Shown piece by piece: positions 41,148 through 50,177 of a stretch of DNA of 64,000 nt. Both the position numbers and the translations under genes were made by a program. Numbering within the stretch: position 1 is the first letter of the stretch; every line of letters starts with the position of its first letter. The DNA is from a virus (Duplodnaviria > Caudoviricetes): the IMG/VR virus record IMGVR_UViG_3300033076_001039, positions 64,110 through 128,109 of that record. One strand, written 5' to 3'. The notes beneath the pieces are model-generated. The model saw nothing but the letters and a program-made list of their open reading frames with translations, was not told where the DNA came from and did not search any database.

Positions 41148-41176
41148 AAAAGGGGTCTCACGGAACCCCTTTTTTT
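41146..41176. terminator. Bidirectional Rho-independent terminator
   Basis: AAAAAAGGGGT-ctcacgga-ACCCCTTTTTTT between convergent genes. Confidence 0.8.
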
Positions 41177-41181
41177 ATTTG

Positions 41182-42132
41182 TTATAAAATAATCGCTCTT
41201 AAATTATCCTCACATAATGATGGTTTATGTATTATAATTGTTTTTCCTGAGTGTATTTCCAATAATTTTGATAAAGATAAATTAAAAGTTGACATCGTGT
41301 AATGTTTACCATTAATTATCTCATTAACATTCTCAGTATATCTAATAATTGTCTCTTTTTTAGAATTTAAATCATACCCACAAGACGGACAAAACTTATA
41401 TTTTGATTTTGTCTTGGTACCGCATTCGGTACAATAATGTTTAATATCGTCTGTAGTTTTATTTTTATTACTTAAAGGTAATATTTTAAAAGTGACTGAA
41501 TTACATACATTGTACTCAAAATTTTGATATGAGTTGGTGAATTGTTGATTTGACTTTTCACCTTTCTCAACTCTACCCGTTTCAATAGATTTTTTAGATT
41601 TTAATTTTCTAATGTTTGGACCTTCAAATGTGTTAGTTGGCCCATTAAGAGATGTTGTAGAAAAATATGCATTTGATGAACTTGTTGTAAATGTTATATC
41701 ACCATAATACGGAGAACCTGTATTGATTACGGTTCCAATATTATTCAACCCTAATGTTGTAAAATAACCTGGTTGATACGTTTGTTCATTATAGAACTCA
41801 ATTCTGACATCCCCATTTAAGTCAATTGCATCACGATTCTCGGACGTATCTTTAACTTCATAGGTACTGAACTCAAACTTGTTATTTGAATCAAGGAAAC
41901 GTTCTAAAAACACCCTTTGTCCTGGTTTAATAACAATCCCACTTGTTGAGATGTACTCACCATTAAGTTTGATTTTACAAAGTACTGATTTTTGTGTTGG
42001 ATTATGAATTTCGAATTCGAAATTATCTTTGTCGTTAAGGAATACGACATTACCATTGTAGATTTTTAAACGCGACTTTTTCTTTGTGATGTGAGCAGTC
42101 GGCTTGCCCACTTTAGTTGTTGTGTAATACAT
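41182..42132 (-). CDS. Zinc-ribbon protein with N-terminal beta domain
   Basis: YCTECG...FCPSCG double CxxC. Confidence 0.7.
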   Translation of the reverse strand: MYYTTTKVGKPTAHITKKKSRLKIYNGNVVFLNDKDNFEFEIHNPTQKSVLCKIKLNGEYISTSGIVIKPGQRVFLERFLDSNNKFEFSTYEVKDTSENRDAIDLNGDVRIEFYNEQTYQPGYFTTLGLNNIGTVINTGSPYYGDITFTTSSSNAYFSTTSLNGPTNTFEGPNIRKLKSKKSIETGRVEKGEKSNQQFTNSYQNFEYNVCNSVTFKILPLSNKNKTTDDIKHYCTECGTKTKSKYKFCPSCGYDLNSKKETIIRYTENVNEIINGKHYTMSTFNLSLSKLLEIHSGKTIIIHKPSLCEDNLRAIIL

Positions 42133-42164
42133 TTTGTATAATTTTAAAATAGTTAATGACTATG

Positions 42165-42223
42165 TTACCAATACCTTCGTGTCCGTGAATACTCAACAGC
42201 TTGTTAGGGCTGGGGACTGATAA
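42165..42223 (-). ncRNA. Candidate structured 5'-leader RNA (three-way junction)
   Basis: GC-rich island in an AT-rich spacer: UUAUCAGU/AUUGGUAA closing stem, CAGC/GCUG hairpin, UUGA and GAA linkers; lies just after TATTTAT (42238-42244). Confidence 0.4.
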
Positions 42224-42269
42224 ACTAAAATCTAATAATAAATATATACGAATTTAAATTTGTGTAAAT

Positions 42270-42299
42270 AAAAAAAGGAGACAATTTCTTGTCTCCTTT
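42270..42299 (-). terminator. Terminator after major capsid gene
   Basis: AAAGGAGACAA-tttc-TTGTCTCCTTT with a U-tract on the minus strand. Confidence 0.85.
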
Positions 42300-42319
42300 C
42301 TTATAGGGTAAGATATTGA

Positions 42320-44131
42320 TTATCTCAATTCTCTTAAGTCGAATGTTCTAACACCATCAACTGTGATACGACCGTAGAAACGGTTGTTAACCATCTTCTT
42401 AGCGTATCTAGTCATGATACCTTTGATTGGTGTAAAGTTGAATGGGTTATACATTGTAGGTGTTAATTGTAGAGGTACATACGGTGCGTAGATGTAACCT
42501 GTGTCAAGTAAAGACGTACCTTTGTGACCCAACAATACTTGGTTTGGTGGGAAGTAAGGGTCTCTATACACTTGGTAACGACCTGCTAATGTACCAACTC
42601 TTTCAATACCCATGTTGTATTGGTCTTGCTCAGGAGCCGCATTTGATACGTGGAAGTATTCCAAGTCATCAAAGATAGCACTGATTTCAGAAGATACAAC
42701 AATCCAGTTAGCTCCACCTCTTAATGTAGATTTGTGGATTTGTGCTGAAATTTGGTTGATAGCCGTGATTAATGTTTGGTTCCAGTCTTTTTGAGTGTAA
42801 GGAACTGCACTTGCTCCAAGACGCTTCCATCCGTTGTAATCCCAACGTAAGTTCCAAGCCGCACCTTTACGTAAATCTCTTAAGATTTCACGGTCGATTT
42901 CAGCCGCAACTTGCTCAGACAATAAAGCTGTTAATTCAGCTTCAGCGTCAATGTTGTGGAATGCAGCAACGTCTTGAGCCATTTCAGGAGACCATTGTGC
43001 TCTTAATTTTCTTTCTGTTACAGATACAGTAACTGACATAAGGTCGAAAGAAACTTCACCGATTCTATCTTCGAATTCTAAGTTCTTGTAGATTCTGTAA
43101 GTTGCAGTAAACGCGTTGTTAGCAGCTGCTGTAGATTCGAAAGTTGAACCTGTGTAACCGTCCATAGAACCACCACAAGTGATACATACTGGTACTTGTA
43201 AGTCAACCTCTAAATAGATTTTACCATCAGGAGTACATAAGTTGTCATATTGACCACCATCAGTTTTACTGTTAGGGAAAATCGCAGTAGCGTTGTTGTT
43301 ACCATACTGAACGATACCTTTACCATATCTTTGAGTTACTACTCTGAATAAGTAAGGGTTTGTAGTATTACCTGAAGTGTAAGCATTACCTGCAACACCC
43401 AAGATAGTTAAATCAGACAAGAAAGCTTCGTTGTCCATTGGTTGACCATCAGGACCGATTAATTTACCAGCTCCGTCAGTTGCGAAACCTGACATAACTA
43501 CTAATACTTTTCTGTAGTTGTCAAGAGTGTAAGCTGAAGGTACTAATGAATCACCTAACCAAGCAACTGTACCAACTTCTGCAGTGATTGCAGAATATTG
43601 ACCTTTAGAATAGTCGAACAATCCTGGAGGGTCTAATGCTGGTTCGTTACCTTCGTAGAATCTATCATAAAGGTCTCTTGTGTTATTGTAGTCGTAACCA
43701 CTGTTTGGTGTTTGGTCAGCTGCAGCGTTTGGAGAACCATAAGGTGCGTAGTGAATACCAGTACCTGGATAGCTAGCTAAATCTTCGTTAGCGTAAGCTT
43801 GGATGTTAGGTACAAAGTAGAACAATTTACCGATAGGTAAGTTCATTGCTTGTACAGAAACGATGTCGTTTGCTAATAATTTAGAGAAAACACGTCTAAC
43901 GATTGGGAAAACCACTGTTTCAAATGCACCTGTGTCAGATGTAGATGATGCTTCGTTGATTAAGTACGATGCTTGGTTTTCATACAATTGTGCTACGTTT
44001 TCTTTCATGTGACCTTTAAGACCCTCTAAGAATCCTAATTTGTCCCATTTGTTGATTGTATCTTCTTTGATAACTTTAAGGTGCTTAAGACCGATGTTAC
44101 CAACAAGACCTGATTCTAATAATGCTCCCAT
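42320..44131 (-). CDS. Major capsid protein (T4 gp23-like) with large insertion
   Basis: P+VRRVF..L.A.+IVSVQ.M..P.G, R.L+A.W+.E.AQD, DAEAEL..+LS.++..EIDREI, GYIYAPY+PL, F.P..G..TRY. Confidence 0.95.
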   Translation of the reverse strand: MGALLESGLVGNIGLKHLKVIKEDTINKWDKLGFLEGLKGHMKENVAQLYENQASYLINEASSTSDTGAFETVVFPIVRRVFSKLLANDIVSVQAMNLPIGKLFYFVPNIQAYANEDLASYPGTGIHYAPYGSPNAAADQTPNSGYDYNNTRDLYDRFYEGNEPALDPPGLFDYSKGQYSAITAEVGTVAWLGDSLVPSAYTLDNYRKVLVVMSGFATDGAGKLIGPDGQPMDNEAFLSDLTILGVAGNAYTSGNTTNPYLFRVVTQRYGKGIVQYGNNNATAIFPNSKTDGGQYDNLCTPDGKIYLEVDLQVPVCITCGGSMDGYTGSTFESTAAANNAFTATYRIYKNLEFEDRIGEVSFDLMSVTVSVTERKLRAQWSPEMAQDVAAFHNIDAEAELTALLSEQVAAEIDREILRDLRKGAAWNLRWDYNGWKRLGASAVPYTQKDWNQTLITAINQISAQIHKSTLRGGANWIVVSSEISAIFDDLEYFHVSNAAPEQDQYNMGIERVGTLAGRYQVYRDPYFPPNQVLLGHKGTSLLDTGYIYAPYVPLQLTPTMYNPFNFTPIKGIMTRYAKKMVNNRFYGRITVDGVRTFDLRELR

Positions 44132-44178
44132 TTTAGTATTTGTTTTGTTTTTAGTTTATTTTTGTTTATTTTATTTTT

Positions 44179-45717
44179 TTAACCTATCTTACCCATTAAG
44201 TCCTTCATTCTTAAGAATTGAGGATTTTCATAAGTTTTTGATTCGATTAGTGTTGTTGATGAACCTGTAGATACTGTTTTATTTAATTTTGTAACTACTG
44301 ACTCATTCATTGTTTTTGTTTCTACCTTAGATAACTCATCTTTAATTGACTTATAAAGATTTTTAGATTCTTTTAAAGTTTCAACATCGTCAAATCTTCT
44401 AAGGATATTGATTTTTTCTTTTTTAGTAGTTGAGTGTTCTGTGAACAATCTAGTTGCGTAAGCTAAATTTGAATTAAAGATTGCAACTTCGTTAAGTTTT
44501 TCTCTAAACACATTTAATGCTTTTCTATATTCTTCATTCTTTTCTCTCAACATTCTAACTTCTTCTGAAGTAGATTCATAAGTCATATTACGATTAGGTG
44601 TAATACCTTTTCTTAAACCTCTACCTTCTTTGGAACCCATTCCGTATGTTCTAGCAGCTTCTTTAGTTTCTTCTTTTTCAAAAGCTTTTCTTTTTAAAGT
44701 GTCACCTTTTTTAGTCGTATAATCTTTATCACCTTTGTGAGTTTTAGATTTATCACCTTTATTCATTCCGTAATCACCTTCTTTAGTTTCTGCCTTAACA
44801 GTTTTGGACTTACCTTCCATATTTTCACCTTTCTTGTAATCGAATTTCGCTTTACCAGTACCAACTGATTTAGGTCCTTCTTTTTTCTTTTCATTGAATC
44901 CGCCTTTAGCTTTATCTTTGTAAGAAAATTTAGGTCCTGAGCCCATTCCAACACCTTTAGGTTTGTAAGTTTCATTTTGCATTTCGTCCTCTTCTTCTTC
45001 CATCATGTCGTCATCATCTTCTTCCATCATTTCAAGGTCATCCCCTTCCATCATGTCGTCCTCTTCTTGTTCCATCATTTCATCCTCATCTTCTTCGTCT
45101 AATGTGATTTCATAAACAACTTCTTCGTCGTCAAATTCTTCAACATCAGATGAATCAACATCAGATACATCACCACTGTCAGAGAAAATTGCGTTGATAA
45201 CGTCATCAACAGATTCGTCAGTTTCTTCGTAACTCATTTCGTCTTCCATTAATTCGTCTTCTTCAGACTCACCAAGCTTAACAAGATATTCTACATCAGC
45301 ATCGTCATCACTTAAATGAACACTGTCGCCATCTTTTTTTACAATGATGCCGTCATCTTCACCCATAGCTTTAAATACTTTAAGAATTTCTTCGTCAGAA
45401 GCACCAGTTAGGTCGATTGGACTTTCTTCGTCTGAATCCATGTCCATATCCATGTCAAATTCCATGTCGTCATCATCTGACCCCATGTCCATATCCATGT
45501 CCATCTCCATTTCATCGTTATCAGCATCCGTATCAACGTCTGCATCTAATTCAATCTCATCCTCTTCTTCTTGTTCGGATAATGATTCTTTTACTAATTG
45601 GTTGATTTCTTCCTTCATAGTTGAAGCAAGTATTCCTTTTGCATTCTCGGCTATCGCTTCTTCAACTTGTTTCATTTGAATAAGAGCCTCTTGAACTAAA
45701 GATTTGTTTTCTTTCAT
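44179..45717 (-). CDS. Prohead core scaffold protein (gp22-like)
   Basis: Very acidic; C-terminal LNEV.+FN..L.Y..RLF...K..I+..FD; lies between protease and MCP; TATTTATA at 45739-45746. Confidence 0.8.
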   Translation of the reverse strand: MKENKSLVQEALIQMKQVEEAIAENAKGILASTMKEEINQLVKESLSEQEEEDEIELDADVDTDADNDEMEMDMDMDMGSDDDDMEFDMDMDMDSDEESPIDLTGASDEEILKVFKAMGEDDGIIVKKDGDSVHLSDDDADVEYLVKLGESEEDELMEDEMSYEETDESVDDVINAIFSDSGDVSDVDSSDVEEFDDEEVVYEITLDEEDEDEMMEQEEDDMMEGDDLEMMEEDDDDMMEEEEDEMQNETYKPKGVGMGSGPKFSYKDKAKGGFNEKKKEGPKSVGTGKAKFDYKKGENMEGKSKTVKAETKEGDYGMNKGDKSKTHKGDKDYTTKKGDTLKRKAFEKEETKEAARTYGMGSKEGRGLRKGITPNRNMTYESTSEEVRMLREKNEEYRKALNVFREKLNEVAIFNSNLAYATRLFTEHSTTKKEKINILRRFDDVETLKESKNLYKSIKDELSKVETKTMNESVVTKLNKTVSTGSSTTLIESKTYENPQFLRMKDLMGKIG

Positions 45718-45824
45718 GAAAATCTATTATTTTTACAATATAAATATTACCAAAACACAAAAAATATCGTTTCTTGGTAGTTTTATTATTTTTTTATTTA
45801 TAACTAATAAATATTTCAAGGCAT

Positions 45825-45852
45825 AAAAAAAGTGGTCCGTTAAGACCACTTT
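45825..45852 (-). terminator. Rho-independent terminator
   Basis: AAAGTGGTC-cgttaa-GACCACTTT plus A-tract. Confidence 0.75.
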
Positions 45853-45874
45853 AATTTAAAATGTTTGTTTTTGA

Positions 45875-46084
45875 TTAATCAATCACCTCATCAATTTTAC
45901 TTTCCGATACTGAAGTGATTCTCCAATCGTTAGTAAAACCTTGGTATTTTTCTGTAACTTTCGCTTCAACGTCTGTCACTGAAAAACCTTTAACTAATTT
46001 TTCTTCTCTGATTTTTTTAATCTTACCAGTATTCTCATCAGGTAAATCATACTGAATTTTCGCTACAAAATATTTTTCGTCCAT
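45875..46084 (-). CDS. DUF4494-like protein
   Basis: YF.AKI.Y....ENTGK.KK..E..LV...S.T+.EA+V...I.S+.ESKI; a Bacteroidota-associated family. Confidence 0.65.
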   Translation of the reverse strand: MDEKYFVAKIQYDLPDENTGKIKKIREEKLVKGFSVTDVEAKVTEKYQGFTNDWRITSVSESKIDEVID

Positions 46085-46090
46085 AATTTA

Positions 46091-46813
46091 TTATTTTCCC
46101 AAATAATCGGTTAATTTTCTCATTAAGTCAACACCTTTAGATTGGAATTCCGAATTTTCAGGAGATTTGTATTTCTTTTCTTCTTCTAAATTCTCCTCAT
46201 ATTTTTCACGGTCATTTGGATTACTAAATAAATAAGCACCTGGTGTAGATGGTGATGATACTAAGTCAAAACAAATTAATTCAAAATCATCCTGTACTTC
46301 ATTTCTTTCACCGACTTTTTTTAAGGAACCAACACCTCTTGAAGAAACACCCATAGTAACACCTTGTCTCATTAAGTTTGCTGCTTGGTCTCCTTTGGTA
46401 GATACTATACCTCTTTCATGGAAACCTGGCGATGTTAACAATTTAAGTTTACCCATCAAGATATTCTTATCCCACCAAATGTCGGTAATAATATGAGACA
46501 CACGGTCCAAGTCAATTAACGATGATTCAGGGTGGTTAAGTTCTGAAGTTGATAAACCTTTAGCAATTGCCTTCTTATAGTTTTCCGCTTCTCTTTTTAA
46601 TATTCTTTCAGGATAGAATCTACCATTCCTATTTGGTGTGTCATATTTCTGTAATACCGCATAAAACTCAAAAGGATTTCTATAATCCATCTCGGCAGCT
46701 TCTCTTAATATTTCAGCATTTCTAACGTCTTTTGGTGATATCCATCCCGCATCTGTTTCAACCAATATTCCATGGCCCACTTCACTTGCTTCTAAAATTC
46801 TTAATTGTTTCAT
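46091..46813 (-). CDS. Prohead protease (T4 gp21-like)
   Basis: N.NGR.YP, ELNHP, VSH, GVSSRG.GS, D+V..PS..GA. Confidence 0.93.
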   Translation of the reverse strand: MKQLRILEASEVGHGILVETDAGWISPKDVRNAEILREAAEMDYRNPFEFYAVLQKYDTPNRNGRFYPERILKREAENYKKAIAKGLSTSELNHPESSLIDLDRVSHIITDIWWDKNILMGKLKLLTSPGFHERGIVSTKGDQAANLMRQGVTMGVSSRGVGSLKKVGERNEVQDDFELICFDLVSSPSTPGAYLFSNPNDREKYEENLEEEKKYKSPENSEFQSKGVDLMRKLTDYLGK

Positions 46814-46858
46814 GAATTCTTTTTAAGATAAATATACGCAACAAGTATCTTTTTGATA

Positions 46859-47290
46859 TTAATCGTTTTTAGACGGTGAAAATTCAAAATATTTGTTTTG
46901 AATTACGTTCTCTTTGAATATGTTTTTTATGATTTGTTTTACTGAATTTTTGATTTCGGGTGATTTGAAATCCATTTCTTGATTGGTGTATAAATTTACT
47001 TCTAAATTTAAAAATGATTTTTTTCCGTGGGATATACCACTTGTTCTTAAGTCTAAATCAACAATAGTCTGTTCTTTAAATAATTCTGTGTTTATTGAGT
47101 TGTATACGGAATGTTTGATGTCCCTACTTAAATTACATACAATCCTATTCCAATTATCATAGTCAGATTTGGGGGTAACCCATGATTGAATGTTTATGTA
47201 TACAGATTTTAGGTTTTTAGAATCTACTGTTCCATATACCGATTTAATTGGATTGTAGAGATTTAACTTTACACTTTTTCCCTTTTTCAT
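46859..47290 (-). CDS. Hypothetical protein
   Basis: ORF in the head module. Confidence 0.65.
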   Translation of the reverse strand: MKKGKSVKLNLYNPIKSVYGTVDSKNLKSVYINIQSWVTPKSDYDNWNRIVCNLSRDIKHSVYNSINTELFKEQTIVDLDLRTSGISHGKKSFLNLEVNLYTNQEMDFKSPEIKNSVKQIIKNIFKENVIQNKYFEFSPSKND

Positions 47291-47388
47291 TAATTTTCAT
47301 ATTGTCAATGTTTATTTGTTTGTTAAAAAATAACAAATTTTACAACCATTGTCAAAAACTTTCAGAAAATTTAAGATATTTGTATAAT

Positions 47389-47577
47389 ATGCTAATAGTA
47401 GATGTAAAAAAGGACGGGATTGAAAGAGCCCTCAAAACGTTAAAGTCAAAAGTGATTAAAACCAAACAAAATCAGATATTGTTTGGAAAGAAAGAATTTG
47501 TAAAAAAATCTGTGGAAAAAAGACAACAGAAATTAAAAGCGTCTTACATCCAAAAGATGAAATCAAAATTAGATTGA
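47389..47577 (+). CDS. rpsU: Phage-encoded ribosomal protein bS21
   Basis: MLIVDVKKDGIERALKTLKSK...EFVKKSVEKRQQKLKASYIQK matches bS21 (I+RALK, F.KPS, KA.Y). True start ATG 47389. Confidence 0.88.
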   Translation: MLIVDVKKDGIERALKTLKSKVIKTKQNQILFGKKEFVKKSVEKRQQKLKASYIQKMKSKLD

Positions 47578-48270
47578 TTCTTCTAAGTTTTTTAACTTAA
47601 AGAAATTTAATTGATTAAATTCTTCAATTTTTAATCTATCAATAGTTTCTGACAATTTTGTCTTAACTTCAAAATCATGCTCGGTTTCTAAAATAAAATT
47701 TAACTTACTAATTGCACTTTCACGCAATGTTTCAAATTTTTCTTTTAATGATGAAGTATCTTCAGACATAATTTGAATAAACTCTTTTTTCGCAGATTCG
47801 TCCAAATTATCAAGATAACTTTTCATAGTTTGATTAGCAATACTAACCATAGATTTTAAAGGTATCTTAATACTTTCTTTTATTGATTCTGTCTTTGAAG
47901 ATGTAATAATTTTAATTAAATTTTTCTTTGCCTGAACTCGTTCTAATAAATCCAATTTGTTTGTATAAACAAGAGAATCAATGTCAGAATATGAATTTTT
48001 TACATTTTCCGATATTGTCTTTGGCGTTTTAATTGTTGGAACTAATTTTTGAATTAGATTAATTCCTTCCTCCAAAAAATCTTTAGCATCAGATTCGTTT
48101 AAGCCTTGCGGTGTGCTTAGTTGGTCGTATAAAGAATATAATTTTGACATATTTTTATTTGCCAAAACATTATGTTTGAATTCCTTCAACGATTTCTTAA
48201 ACTCCTGTTCATTTCTGTAGGATTCTAATAAATTATTTTCAATAGTAGATTTTATTTGTCCGAATGTCAT
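47569..48270 (-). CDS. Hypothetical head-module protein
   Basis: Between portal and protease; TATTTATA at 48285-48292. Confidence 0.65.
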   Translation of the reverse strand: MTFGQIKSTIENNLLESYRNEQEFKKSLKEFKHNVLANKNMSKLYSLYDQLSTPQGLNESDAKDFLEEGINLIQKLVPTIKTPKTISENVKNSYSDIDSLVYTNKLDLLERVQAKKNLIKIITSSKTESIKESIKIPLKSMVSIANQTMKSYLDNLDESAKKEFIQIMSEDTSSLKEKFETLRESAISKLNFILETEHDFEVKTKLSETIDRLKIEEFNQLNFFKLKNLEESI

Positions 48271-48292
48271 CTCAAGTATTTTAATATAAATA

Positions 48293-50137
48293 TTATGAGT
48301 TTAACAACTTATCCAGTTCTTTTGAAATTTCACCCAAAGATTCTTGAGCCTGACCTAAATCTAAAAATTTTGAACCTTCAATTATATTATTTTCAACTAA
48401 CAAATTCATGTTCTTTTCTTTAATTGATTCAGGTGTTACCTCACCTCCTGATGCTGGTTCAGCTGGTGGTGTTTCAGTTTCAGGTGTGGCAGTTTCAAAT
48501 CCACCACCTAAATCAGGTGGAGGTGTACCTGCCCCAAATTCTTCACCTCCTGTAGTTGCCGCTGCAGTGGCAGTACCACCAGAACTATTTCCATATAATT
48601 TGTCAATATTGTCAAATAGACCTGTTTTAGTGATAACTGTAGGAGTTGCTTTAAGTTCTTCACCAACAGCTCTTTCAATTCTTTGTTGTTGTAAATCCAA
48701 TCTGATATCTTCATCAGACCAACCAAAGATATGTTTCTTAGCCCATGTTGAAGATGTAGGTTGAATTCCGTTTCCTGGGTCAGCAACTAAATCTTTATAT
48801 AGAAGAACTTTTTCTTTCCATACATCAATTTTTAATAAATCCGCCTGAGTTGATGGGTTTGTAAGACCTAATGTAAAGTTTTGTAATTCATCTTCAAATC
48901 CTAATAAGAATAAGTGGACGATTGCAATTTTGTTTAACTCTGCAATCATACTTTTTTGGATTCTGTTGATTGTACGAGCAAAACGAATATCTTGTAATGA
49001 TAGATTTTTACCATCACCAACTACTTCTTCAAATCCTAAAAATGCTTTAGGTACACGAAGAGCGGTTAATAATTTCTTTTGGATATACTCGATATCGGCA
49101 ATTTCAGATAGGTTAGTTGCACCTGGTAATGTTGTAATTGGGTCTGGTGCCGCAGGGTCACGAACAGGAATAAAGTAATCTTGGTCAACCGCCATTTGGT
49201 TGAATCTCATATCTACATTACCTGTTTTAGAGTCAACAATCTGTTCTCTTTTGAATTTGTTAGCAACACGATTTACGTATGCCTCAACATCATCATCATT
49301 CATGTTACCAACGAACACTTTAAACATTCTTCGTTCAGGTGCTCTTGAGGTACGATAAATCAACATTGCATCTTCCGATAATAATAACTGTTTCCAAATA
49401 CGTCTAGCTTTCTCCAACATAGATGTACCATAAGGAAGTTTTCGGTCGTCACCTAATAATCTAAAGTGAGCAATTTCCCATGATTGAAATTCCATGTTTC
49501 TGTTTTTCCAAGTAAAGTGAAGAGCTTTTTTGTTCTCATCTTTTTCTTGTGTAATATCCACAGTAATCTTAGCGGTAACCCCAACCTCGTGACGTTCAAT
49601 TTCAATTGTTGGTAATTGTTGACAACCAACAACCCCTTTTTCAGGGTCCAATTTTAGATAAACAAAGTTATCACCATACTTACAAGTGTTTCTTGTCCAC
49701 ATTGGTAAGTTGGTATTAATATCAAGGTTGTTATTAAATAAATCGGCTAATACAGATTTAATTCTTTTTGATTCAGAATAAATTTGAAGAATGAATCCAT
49801 CTTCATTTGTTGTTGTAGATTCTTCAGAATAGATGTCTAACGCCGCAGAAATTTCAGGGGTGTACTCCATTGATTCATAATCATACTGAGCAGACAATCT
49901 TGATGGTTCATAATAAATCGCCTGAGAATATAAGTTGTTCTCAACTTTCGCCCATTGATTTGTTAAATAATAAGTTTGTTGTGCTTGGAGTTTTTCACGT
50001 TCATAATCATCACGATTTGTTGTACGCAGAAGTTCTTTTTTATCAAACTTAAAAGTAGGGTAGTCCTGTTTCAATAATGAATTAGGACCGAATGTTTGGG
50101 ATAGCCTCTGCCAGACCGTTAGATTTTGTTCACTCAT
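48293..50137 (-). CDS. Portal protein (T4 gp20-like)
   Basis: PEI..ALD...E, L.EDA..IYR..RAPERR.F.+.VGN+, DY+IP.R, TLPG..NL, Y..KKL..AL.VP, D+RF.+.I.R+Q. Confidence 0.95.
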   Translation of the reverse strand: MSEQNLTVWQRLSQTFGPNSLLKQDYPTFKFDKKELLRTTNRDDYEREKLQAQQTYYLTNQWAKVENNLYSQAIYYEPSRLSAQYDYESMEYTPEISAALDIYSEESTTTNEDGFILQIYSESKRIKSVLADLFNNNLDINTNLPMWTRNTCKYGDNFVYLKLDPEKGVVGCQQLPTIEIERHEVGVTAKITVDITQEKDENKKALHFTWKNRNMEFQSWEIAHFRLLGDDRKLPYGTSMLEKARRIWKQLLLSEDAMLIYRTSRAPERRMFKVFVGNMNDDDVEAYVNRVANKFKREQIVDSKTGNVDMRFNQMAVDQDYFIPVRDPAAPDPITTLPGATNLSEIADIEYIQKKLLTALRVPKAFLGFEEVVGDGKNLSLQDIRFARTINRIQKSMIAELNKIAIVHLFLLGFEDELQNFTLGLTNPSTQADLLKIDVWKEKVLLYKDLVADPGNGIQPTSSTWAKKHIFGWSDEDIRLDLQQQRIERAVGEELKATPTVITKTGLFDNIDKLYGNSSGGTATAAATTGGEEFGAGTPPPDLGGGFETATPETETPPAEPASGGEVTPESIKEKNMNLLVENNIIEGSKFLDLGQAQESLGEISKELDKLLNS

Positions 50138-50177
50138 AATACAATTTTACTAATTACTTCGATAATATAAATACTTA

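Noticed and set aside
42165-42223. Calling the leader a canonical hammerhead ribozyme
   Set aside because: The core has CUGUUGA and GAAG with no UH cleavage triplet, and CUG can pair in a stem; kept only as a candidate structured RNA.
47248-47388. N-terminal extension of bS21 given in the ORF track
   Set aside because: It overlaps the divergent gene and promoter region; homology begins at ATG 47389.
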